A DNA stretch of 64,000 nucleotides from contig JBHGNT010000015.1 of NCBI GenBank assembly GCA_043228905.1, positions 19,840,001-19,904,000 on the forward strand, given 5' to 3'. The notes beneath the pieces are model-generated. The model searched no databases. It had not been told where the DNA came from and saw only the letters and a program-made list of their open reading frames with translations. The stretch's first letter is position 1; each line of letters begins with the position of its first letter. This DNA comes from Azolla caroliniana (lineage: Eukaryota > Plantae > Polypodiophyta). A program made the translations under genes and the position numbers. Shown piece by piece: positions 26,769-38,142 of the stretch.

Positions 26769-27355
26769 CATGCTATTATTTGGTATGGTTCATAATCCCA
26801 AAATCTATGGTCTACTAGGTATCAACAACAGTAGTAGACAAATTACAATGAGAAACTTTGTTCATTTCATAATAATTTTCATGCTATCACTTCATATGGC
26901 TCACAATCCCCTAATCAAAATGCTGTTCTCAATAGTCTACTGGACAACGAAGTAACTTTGCTTTCATGATATTATATTGTTCACAATTCCCTACTCAATA
27001 GTCTACTAGACAATGAAGAAACTTTGTTCCTATCATGATAGTTTTCATGCTATTATTTGATATGGTTCACAACCCCCAAATCAATAGTATACTAGGTTGC
27101 AACAATAGTAGACAATGAATAAATTTTGTTCATGTCATGATAATTTTCATGCTATTATTTGACATGGTCACAATCCCCAAATCAATAGTCTACTAGGTTG
27201 CAACAATAGTAGTAGACAATGGCAAAACTTTGCTCATGTCATAATAGTTTTCATGCAATTATTTGATATGGTACACAATCCCTGAATCAATAGTCTATTA
27301 GGTTGCAACAATAGTAGTAGAGAATGAAGATACTTTGTTCATCTCATAATAATTT
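26769..27355. repeat. Degenerate ~100-110-bp tandem repeat with internal GTCTACTA...TAGTAGAC inverted repeat
   Basis: CATGCTATTATTTG-ATATGG...CACAATCCC...GTCTACTAGG units at ~26769, 26880, 27046, 27148 and 27252. Confidence 0.75.
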
Positions 27356-27862
27356 TGACAAGTCAATCCAAATAACCAGAAACTTTTCCAAACTGAATTG
27401 GTTTTTTCAAAGATGACACCAGTTGATAGTAATCAATACTGGTAAAAGTTACTGCATGTCGTGTTCATCTTTTATTGATATATAATGACGATTAAAGCAC
27501 ATTCATTTATGTTATATTTGACATTGTATAGTGTCTTATTTAATGCTCTTAATAAAGCCTATGGTTAATGCTTAGGTCTTCAGAGATTAAGGATTCTTTC
27601 CAAAAATATTGTTGCCTATTTGATTTTTTTTGTAACTTACATTGGAAGATCACAATGCTGTATGGGAGATAGGATGTTAACAAAGACTGTGCAAGTACAC
27701 AATTATTTATATTAGGTGATACAGAAGAACCATTATAACAATCGTCTGTACAGCCAAAATGATGCTACTAATAATTCTCGCAGCATGGATTAACACTGAC
27801 TCAAGCTGGAAAGCAATGCCATGAATATAGAATGCGAAGTTGGGTTCATGCCAGGGCCTTCT

Positions 27863-29313
27863 TCAATTGCATCCAATGGTATCTCGTGTAGCATTGCCTG
27901 TTACAGAATTAACACTACAACACAAAATTTATACTATTGTTAGTGGTAGAATAGCCTGATTAATTATTATACTTATTTATTGTTACTATACCTGATGAAA
28001 GGGTAGAACATTGCTGCTATCCAAACTATATCTACATGATTGCTGATGATAGTGGTAGAATAGCCTTGTTGCTACTATATAGTAATAATGAAGTAGCCTT
28101 ATCACTACTATATACTAATAAAAGTAGGCTTATTGCTACTACATATAGCTGATGAAAGAGTAGAGCATTGCAGCATTGCAGCTATATTGACATCTCGCTG
28201 CTACTATGGGTGAGGGCTGAGTAGCCGTGCTTCTACCTCCTGCAAGTGACTGGGTACCCGTGCTTCTACTAAAGTGGATCTACAGTATTGCTATTACTAT
28301 GGTAAAGAGTATCCTTGCTTCAACTATTGGAAGTGGCAGAAAAGAATATGTAGTATAAGGAAATGAATTAATACCCATCTGCAATTTGGCAAAGATATGC
28401 ACGTTGGTCCTCCCGGAATAGAACATCAGTAAAATCTGCCAAAATATGGAAATCAAAATGTTCAGAAAACCAGAGAGCTTCTTGGACAAACAAATCTGAA
28501 ACTAGAATCCCACAATGCCAAGACGTACCTGCTCCGGTAATTATGGCTCCCTTGAATGTGGTGTTGCCAGTCACTAGAGCGCCCTCCAAATTGGCATTAG
28601 TAAAATTAGCCTACAGCAGTGTAGATCATCCGTTTGAATTTTCAAGCAAACACGTAAAAATGTTTTATTACATTTCCAACAATATAAATCTTGCCTTTGC
28701 AGCATTTGTTAATGAAAGATCGGCACCTCGGAGGTCAGCATCAGTAAGGTCAGCCCCTACAAATTCACATCGATTTCCTCCTCATTGGATTTCTACTACC
28801 TCAACTGTAATTTTACAATTTAAGCTTACTCTCTCCATATACAATCCGATTTTTTAGCTAATGTACCTGTAAGATTTGCATCAAAGAAAGAAGCTCCAAG
28901 CAATTTTGCTCCTCTGAAATTCACTTGCCTGAGATTCGACTATTATTCATATAAATAACCAGGTTAAGCAAAAGTCCATCATTTTGTCTTATTCAATACA
29001 TACACACAATACTAAAAGGAAGCTCTTTTTTGTGTGGGTCATCCATTTATCATCCTAGGTTTCACACTTCCCACAGTATCATATCAATTTACGTGCATTT
29101 TATGGATACCTTTGCCATAATTGTTTCACTGTACTACATCCCTAGTCCCAGGCTCAACCTTGTCATTATTTCATCTCTATGGACTACAATCTTTTTCGTA
29201 AACTACATGCCACATATCATACTCTACCTTCTCACCATCTCATATTCCTTTATGGATACTCCAAAAGATTCATATGAATGTAATTTTGGCTTTTGAAGAT
29301 GTTAATATAACAT

Positions 29314-29362
<49 letters not shown>

Positions 29363-30304
29363 CAACACACATGTAGATACCGCTTTGAAGTCCTGTTTAA
29401 TAAGAGTTTTGCCACTGAAATCTCGCCCTGAGAGATCAAGTCCCCTGGTCACCTCCTGACCATAAGGTCCACCACCCTTCACATAATTAAAAATAAGAGG
29501 TTGATTTCAAAAGACCATTTCTAGAGAATTCATGAAATACATATATTGGGACACACTCATGAAATATTAACTACTCTAATTATCACTTCTCTAGAGAAAT
29601 CAAGATGTATGTCTTTATGCTAATTTATGTATAGGCAAAGACATGGACACTGATATAAGAAAAGGTTAATTTCAAGAATTCCAATGCTCACGAAATTATG
29701 ATCTTTGCAAACAATAAAGAGGGCCATTTCACAAAATCTATGTCTCTAAAGGTCAAGGTGATGTTAATCTCTTTGCTTCTACAGATTTATATAAACCCTA
29801 AACAAATAGGTTAACTTCAAAATGTTAATCTCTAGAGAAATAAATGTTCGGACTCCATGAATGCCCTGTATGCATATACATATATGCATACACACATGTA
29901 TGTATGTATGAATGAATGTACATCGTCTGCTGTATGAATGTATGAATGTACTATGCACATATATATGGACCCAAACAAGTATCATAAAGAGCCTTCGTAG
30001 CAAAATTCTGAGAAACAGCAAATGAAAACTAAAAACGGAGATCTGGTTTTACCTTGAAAGCAAGAGCAGGGTCTGTGCAGAAGAGCACGGCAGCAACTGA
30101 AGCTGCCAAAGCAATGTTCCCAAACCTTCGGATGCTAAACGATCCCTCCTCCAAGCTAGAACTACATAAAATAAGGGTTTCTGATCCGTGCGTCTGCAGA
30201 GTAGGCTCAAAAGAATTAGAATTTCTAGGACAGGACAATTTCGAGTTTTTCCTTAGACAGGAAGAGAATGATGGGCAGAAAGAAGAAGCCAAGGAAGACT
30301 CCAT
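27863..30304 (-). CDS. Thylakoid lumenal 15-kDa pentapeptide-repeat protein (TL15-like)
   Basis: Bipartite transit peptide ending ALA-FK, then spliced GGGPYGQEVTRGLDLSGRDFSGKTLIKQDFKA|SNLRQVNFRGAKLLGASFFDANLT|GADLTDADLRGADLSLTNAAK|ANFTNANLEGALVTGNTTFKGAIITGA|DFTDVLFREDQRAYLCQIADG|VNSVTGNATRDTIGCN*. Confidence 0.93.
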
Positions 30305-31180
30305 GGTTTGAAGAAGAGAAAGAGATCCCAAAAAAACTAAACACAGAGAAGAGGATTCAGATGGGGTACATTATCTTCTATGTGCTCATTCAGCAATGCA
30401 AACAAGATAAATCAAACAAAATCAAACAGTAAGAACAAAAAAGGCCATGACCATCACACCCAAGGGCATTTGGCAACAACCATAATGTAAACATTAAGGG
30501 CATACATGCGAAATACATATTGAACCGAGGAATATGTATTTATGAGAGTTTGCTCATTGGACATGCCCTTACACAATATAGAGATGAGCTGTGATTTTCT
30601 CATATCAAGTGAGCGTGCCTCTTGTCAAATCATGTGATGCAAAACAATGAAAGGTATTCTGAAGTTTATACCCTAATGTCTGTACATACATATATACATA
30701 CGTAAACTACGTATAGATATATACATAAGAAAGTTTCTTTGTTGGCAAATCGTCTCAAGGGAATTTAGAGACGAGTCTTTGTCTCCTTGTATCATTTGAG
30801 TGTACATGGGAATCGTGTATCACATGTTTAGAAACTGAAGATCAAGGCTCAAGATCAAGGCTCAATAATGATCGTTTTGCAGCTATAAATCTACCATGAG
30901 AAGTCATGGCATTGATAAAAACTTACATTTTGAGTGCTGATATTGTATTTTTTGATAGTGTTGAAATGTCAATATTTCAATTGAGAATAACAAAAGCTTC
31001 TCAATGTTGATTTGGCAAATTTTTGACCGTGTCTTTCTATGGATTAATAATGACATATCTACAACTTTGCTTTCAAAATGGATTTGTGTAGAGTAACGTT
31101 TAGAAGATGAAAGAGGTATGTACACATTGATGCTTGTTAGACATTCAGACATTAATCAACAAGTAGAGACTGCATGCATA

Positions 31181-31392
31181 CATTATTTCCAATGGATTAT
31201 TAACTTTGTTTTAAAACCCTTCAGACTAGTTACTAACTTACATAACATGATCATCATCATCACCCCAAATGCATACAAGTAGTCACATTATTTCCATGGA
31301 TTATTAACTTTGTTTTAAAACCCTTCAGACTAGTTACTAACTTACATAACATGATCATCATCATCACCCCAAATGCATACAAGTAGTCACAT
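31181..31392. repeat. ~105-bp tandem duplication x2
   Basis: CATTATTTCC(A)ATGGATTATTAACTTTG...GCATACAAGTAGTCACAT repeated. Confidence 0.9.
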
Positions 31393-31928
31393 CCATACAT
31401 CTTAGCTATTTGTAGTATCCCATTTAGTATTAAGGTTGTAGCCTCCACCTTTTTCACACCTGACAAGTGCAGTTAAATATACACATACAAGCATGCGTAT
31501 CTACCACCAAATATATCATTCTCACAAACAAAAATGGGGTTACAGATAATAAATTTCTATGCAGATTGTGGGCAAATACTGAACGTCAATGATCTGCTTA
31601 AGTGGGATATGGCATGACCCTTCCAGGTTTAACATTCCTACATTGACTATTAATATTGCTGCTCAGCAAGAAAGTTCTATTGAACTACTACCAACCTTCA
31701 AAAAGTTCATAGGAATATAACAATTAAGAGAATGAAAGTGTACACTTTTCATGTCCAGAGCCCATAAGCCCATAATTGTAGAATTACAAGAAAATAAGGT
31801 CCTGTCTGAGTGAGTCTAACATCAAACTCCCCTGAATGAATCTAACATGGACTCCCAGCTGCCTGAATGCAGCATCAACCATCTTGGATGGGATACATGT
31901 TATAATCATATTTATCAACTAGATAATC

Positions 31929-34434
31929 TTAGATCGGGGACCTGTTATCATTTTCATCCTGGATTGGAGACGTGTTCTTATCATCTTTATCAAGTGGACC
32001 ATCCCCAATGGGAGATGTATTGTTACCTTTATGATGCAGAGGACTCTGACTCACACTCCGGCTACTACTTCCATGATGCCTTTCCACAATAGGACTAACT
32101 GAGCGACTTTGTTCTATATCACGAGGGCTTCTGGATGAACTTCGACTCACACTATGCTGCTGTTTCTTCTCCTTTCCTACAGGACTGGATCTCCCTTTCA
32201 GAGGTGATCGACTGCAAATAAATGAGTTATTATATTAGATGGAAGCGCTAGACCTTGGTTAGGGTAAGGTTCACACTCCTAATTACAAGTTTATCCTAAT
32301 AAGTTTAATTAACCAGATAAAACATGTGCAAGTCTGGATCTTACTCTCCACCCAACCTGTTCAAGAAGAGAAGTGTTCTCTGTAAGATATTTTATTACTT
32401 CATGATATATTGAAAACTTCTTGAAAGTTATGTATACATCAGTATACACATATATAATTGAATCATGCTGGTTATTTTACATAATTGGCCTACAATTTTA
32501 GCATGTTTTGACTTGAAATTGTGTGGTACTGCAACAGCGTACATTTATCAGCATATGTAAGACTAAATTGGTATCAGAGCTTACACCCCCATCAAATAAC
32601 CAGAGGTCTACAGCTTGTACCTTTGGAGCATCCTTACCTTGTCTATTGCTCGTGCACCGAGTTTCTCATGTGCACAATACTGATGAGCAAGGCATAGATG
32701 GCTACTCATATGGGATAATCCATAGATTAAAGAAAGTGCACATAGGTAGTCTAGACCTATTGAAAACAGAAAAGCTTTGGGCTATGAGCAAACCATAGGC
32801 ATCCAGATTATAACCGACCAACAGCCATTAAATACCTAATGGGCATACTCTAGCCTTCATTTGACTTCTAAAGTAAATAATTGTGTCTTTGCTAAAATAA
32901 CCAGAAATAAACAAAATGCTGACCATACCTTCGACTCTGATCGTCGCTCCGGCTCCGGCTTTTTCGCCTCTTAGCCACAGGTGATCTGGATCGGGACCTT
33001 GATTGATGCCTATAATGTATCATGTCCATAATAACACCAGGAAATGATTGAGTGATATGATACATTACTGAATGCGTCAAAGTGAAGCTTCAAAACAACC
33101 AGATTAAGAGCATATAAAAGAATGGGTGCATGACCTTGGGCTATTACGACAATCCCGCTCAATATGGCCTCCTTCTCCACATCGATAGCACTTGTTCTTC
33201 CAATCCCCAGCCTTGCAGTCTCTAGCCCAGTGTCCATCATGTCCACAATTATAGCATCTTCCAGTGCCAGGGGGAGGACCCCTACCACCATAATTATCAC
33301 GAGAGGCAATGCTGCTGCCTACTCCCCCGCGAGATGGCCCCTGAAATGATTCTGAAATGCTGAGTCCAGGAAGCTAATAGCAGCAGAAAAACCCATGCAC
33401 CTTCTCACTAATGATAGCCCTTTTCCCTCTAGATGCTAATCTTTTGTCTAATAACAGCTGTAGTTGCTTTCCTAAACCATTTTTTCTTCTACTGACAGCC
33501 ATTTAATACAATGTTGAACATACCCTTCTCGCAAATTCCACCACGATCCGGTTTCCATCAAACGTGCGGCCATTCAGATAGTGGCGAGCTTCATCAGCAT
33601 CACGGGAATCACTAAAATTCTGAACTCATAGCAAAACATCAAAATTCGGCGAACCTTTGCATACCTTCAGATACCATATCCATATATGATTATACTATAT
33701 ATTGTACAATAAACCATATACTATTGTACCAAGAGATACCATCTACTAAAAGGGTAGACAATAAAAACATACGCACCACAAATGCGAAATCCTGCTTCAT
33801 ATCTACCTCGCGAATTCTGTCACAAAGTGGGATCAGAAAAAAAGAGAAGGGCATCATGTCAAGCAGGTTACACCAGATTGTGCTCTCATCATCATCAGGG
33901 GTGAAAGCTGAAAGAAACACCATTTTCTCCAACATCCTCTTGTAACACACAGATTCAATGTTCTTTTATCCCTACAGATGCACCCAGACGACTCGCTACC
34001 AGAGTTCATCAAGTTTGGCCACCTCCACCACCACCCTCCCAAAATTTAAACTCCATGCTATACTCACGACCCAGCAAGACCTTCAACAACATTATGAAAA
34101 TTAAAAAATAATCTCTTTCCAGCTGTAAGGCATATTTTTCTTCTCATCTTTCAAGCAGTTGGACTCCCTTGTGTACATAACGTGATTAGAATCCCCTCCA
34201 AACCATCCTTTCTCAAGTTCTAAAGTACTCTATTTAAGACCCTGAATTTATGAATCTGTTCAGCTAGAAATGATTAAACAATTAGATGAATGATACACAT
34301 AAAACTTTGCTTGTATGTGCTTCTAACCTTCCATATTTCCTGAATAGATCCTCAAGATCACGTGTTCGAGTTCGGCTTGAAATATGGCCAACATAGAGGC
34401 GTGTTGAACCAGATCTTTCATCGTACCTTGGCAT
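31929..34434 (-). CDS. RS2Z: Plant-specific SR splicing factor, RS2Z subfamily (RRM + two CCHC knuckles + RS/SP tail)
   Basis: [36 protein letters not shown]|[13 protein letters not shown]|[32 protein letters not shown]|...[43 protein letters not shown]...SRSRSRSP. A non-coding 5' exon lies near 35807-35990, separated by a 5'UTR intron. Confidence 0.95.
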
Positions 34435-36009
34435 TGTTTCTGTTATATCATGAAATTAAACAAAACAACCTAGAAGACATCAGCATATACATTGATATAT
34501 GTAAAAGTAACCCCAATATTATTGTTGTGATATGGAGAAATTGAAACAAGCAACCCAAGAAAAATAGAGCAGATGTATTTGATCAACGCAAAATTTACCG
34601 AGTCATTGATTCTTGGATGTGGTGAAATCAGAACAGAAACCCAAACAGCCATAGGAACATTCTTTACATATGTAATAATTGGATGTCTGTAACAATCTCC
34701 CTAGAAGGCATTAGCATGTGCATTTAGTATTTATGTATTTGTAAAATCTACTGTTTGATATCGTTTCGCTAAATTGCTGGAAGGCATACGTATTGATATG
34801 CAAATTTACCATATCATCGAGGAACACTAGAAGATTGTAAAATTTACCATGCCTTTGTTTCTGTCAAAATGGTAAAATGAAGATGAAGAATTCTACAACA
34901 CGCTACTACATGTATCAACATCTATATTACACTCAAGAATTTGTTTCTAGGGTTTGAGATAGCATTAATGAAAAAGGTCTCGTTGCTTTACTCATTTTTA
35001 TCTTGGTACTTGGAAATTTTTACAAAGGGAGCAAACCATTTCATAAATATACAAATCTCTAGTGGTATTTTCTAAGATTTCCTATTGAGTTCATGATTGA
35101 AAAGGAGCCTGAGTAGATCGATGGTGATTTTCTTTTACTGCTCATACATGTACAAATTCAACATTCCAGACTTCAATTGTATACATGAGAATCAGGAAAT
35201 AAAATCTAATTTTTTTCTTTCTATTGTTTCCAACAGCAGGTATACAGGAAGTTATTATTATGATTATTATTTTATTATTTTTATACAGATTATATTCTCT
35301 ATATATTTTTTACATTTTTGGATCAATTCGTGGTTTTTCTCATGTTTTCCTATTCAATTCATGAATCAAACAAGAAGATTTCTGCTAAATATCGTAAAGT
35401 AAAAACTGTACATATGCGATCAAGTGGAAAAAACAATCTCAAATAAAGAATTAGAGTTTTCAAACGTATTGATAGATCTCATAAGACTGATAAACACCGC
35501 ACAGAGAATTTTTTCTGGAGTTTGAGAAAACAAAGCAACCAGATCTATATCAAATCAAGGTCAATACATAAACTATTTCAGAAAAGGAGAAGAAAAAACA
35601 AAAGGTAAGAAATCTAACAAAAAGAAAAAGAAAAAAAGAAAGATAAATTGATGAAATACAAACAGAGCTCATAAACTATTTCAGAAAAGGAGGAAAAAAA
35701 AAAACAGAAGGTAAGAAATCTGACAAAACAAAATAGGAAAAAAAAGAAAGGTCGACTGATGAAACACGAGACATTTATGCTCATCTTCTGTTTTAAGGAG
35801 AGCTCACCTCCAAAAGGAAACGTTTAAAGGCACCGACCGAAGAAATGAGCAAGGAAGAAAAGAAAAGGAGGGTGAAATTCAAAAGCAGAGCAGAGAGGGT
35901 TTCAGATGGAGGATTTACCTGCAGAGAGAGAGTGACAGAGATACGATCTCCAGGAGCAGAGGAAGAGGAAGAGGAAGACTCTGTTCCTCTCTGTGTCTTG
36001 ACAAAGGCA

Positions 36010-36808
36010 ATGGAAAAGCATTCTAACAAAAGTAGCCCAAATGTCCATCTTATTTACACAAATGGGCTCAAGGAAAAACATTCTAACAAAAGTAGCCCAA
36101 AATGTCCATCTTATTTACAAAAATGGGCTCAAGGAAAACCATTCTAACAAAAGTAGCCCAAAATATCCATCTTATTTACAAAAATGGGCTCAAGCCAACT
36201 ACTTAGTCCTTGGCAATGGAAAAACATTCTAACAAAAGTAACCCAAAATGTCCATCTTATTTACAAAAATGGGCTCAAGCCAACTACTTAGTCCTTGGCA
36301 ATGGAAAAACATTCTAACAAAAGTAGCCCAAAATGTCCATCTTATTTACAAAAATGGGCTCAAGCCAACTACTTAGTCCTTGGCAATGGAAAAACATTCT
36401 AACAAAAGTAGCCCAAAATGTCCATCTTATTTACAAAAATGGGCTCAAGCCAACTACTTAGTCCTTGGCAATGGAAAAACATTCTAACAAAAGTAGCCCA
36501 AAATGTCCATCTTATTTACAAAAATGGGCTCAAGCCAACTACTTAGTCCTTGGCAATGGAAAAACATTCTAACAAAAGTAGCCCAAAATGTCCATCTTAT
36601 TTACAAAAATGGGCAGCCAACTACTTAGTCCTTGGCAATGGAAAAACATTCTAACAAAAGTAACCCAAAATGTCCATCTTATTTACAAAAATGGGCTCAA
36701 GCCAACTACTTAGTCCTTGGCAATGGAAAAACATTCTAACAAAAGTAACCCAAAATGTCCATCTTATTTACAAAAATGGGCTCAAGCCAACTACTCAATC
36801 CTTGGCAA
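36010..36808. repeat. Promoter tandem array: two ~60-bp units plus eight ~85-bp units
   Basis: AAAACATTCTAACAAAAGTAGCCCAAAATGTCCATCTTATTTACAAAAATGGGCTCAAGCCAACTACTTAGTCCTTGGCAATGGA at 36221, 36306, 36391, 36476, 36561, 36643 and 36728. Confidence 0.95.
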
Positions 36809-37246
36809 ATGACCTTCATTACTCACTCCTCCCTTCATATAACATTAAGACTAAGACTAAGACAACACAAAAACATGGTACGGCTCATAGTTGTGTGTGT
36901 ATGTGTGTGTGTGTCAAGCGGTGAATGCACAAGACTCTATTTGTGTGCCTGTGTGTACGTACACATGCATACATTTTGTAGGGAAGCTCCAACATAAGGA
37001 CAAAGAAAGATTTGGCATTCTTGGGAGAGATATTTTGTCATTCTAGATTTTATTTGTGTTCTGTATTGCTTGGACTTCCTTGGGTTATAGGGTAAGTATC
37101 AGACGGTGGACAGGACAGGAATTCTTCTCGGTTACTCTATTGTTGTTGTGAGAAGAAATCTCTTACTATAGGGGCTACCCACCTAATAATTCATGCTTTT
37201 CCTTGGATTTGTGTGGTTGGTGTTGGGATGCAATGCATAATATAAT

Positions 37247-37774
37247 TAGCACTGGGCCCAGTTTCGGCTCGAACCAATCCGTTAAGCCATGGTTTAAAGG
37301 TTTATAAGTTCCAAAATAATTAAATGGTTTGGTTCGGTTTTAATTATTAATAAACGGTTCGGTTTTAGTTTGGTTTGGTTTTGAAATTGGGGTTGATTGG
37401 TTTATAGGTTTTTGGGCTAACTTTTTTTATCCCTGAAATGTTTATGTAATTTAATGATTTAATTAATGTTTTTATTGATTTAATTCAAATGTTTATTTAA
37501 TCTAATGGCTTAATTAATGCTTATTTAATTTAGTGTAATTTAATTTTTTAATTAGTTTGGCTTAAATGTGGTTAGGTTTAAACTTTTATTAAATGGCTCG
37601 GTTTGGTTTCAAATTTTCCCTAAATGTTTTTTGTTTAAATAGTTTGGTTTACCTTTTTTTAAATGGTTTGGTTGAATGGCTTGAAAGTTCATAAACGGTT
37701 TGGTCTGGTTTTTGTTTTATATAAATGGTTTGGTTTCAAGGCAAAGAAACCGAACCGAGCCGGGCCCATTGCTA
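37247..37774. mobile_element. hAT-type MITE family A copy 3 (upstream of kinesin)
   Basis: TAGCACTGGGCCCAGTTTCGG...CCGAGCCGGGCCCATTGCTA, colinear with copy 2 minus its nested insert; TSD is not clean. Confidence 0.85.
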
Positions 37775-38142
37775 ATAAGTATAATTAATTCATTATTAGT
37801 ATTTATTTATTTATTTTATTTATTGCAAGGAGGCTAGATCTTGTAAATAATGTAAAGGCTGCTTTTTCTGCGTTTTTGCTTTTTTTAGGGTGTGAAAAAA
37901 CCAGAAATGATGTCATAAGTCAGAGGAAAGCGACAGGACGTTAAGTTCGTTGCTTACTGTCTTTCATCTCTGGATACAGAAGAAATTAGGGTTTTACGTT
38001 TTCCAACAGGAACGAGATTGAAACATCAGAGAAGCTCTCTGTACTCGAACCATAAAGGAGAACGAAGAAAGAAGAAAGAGCAAAGGTCTCGGAAGAAGGA
38101 AGAAGAAAGAAGAAAGAAAGAACTCAATAGAACTAGAAGAGA

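Noticed and set aside
36010-36808. CRISPR-like regular array
   Set aside because: Units are wholly repeated with no unique spacers, there are no cas genes, and the context is eukaryotic.
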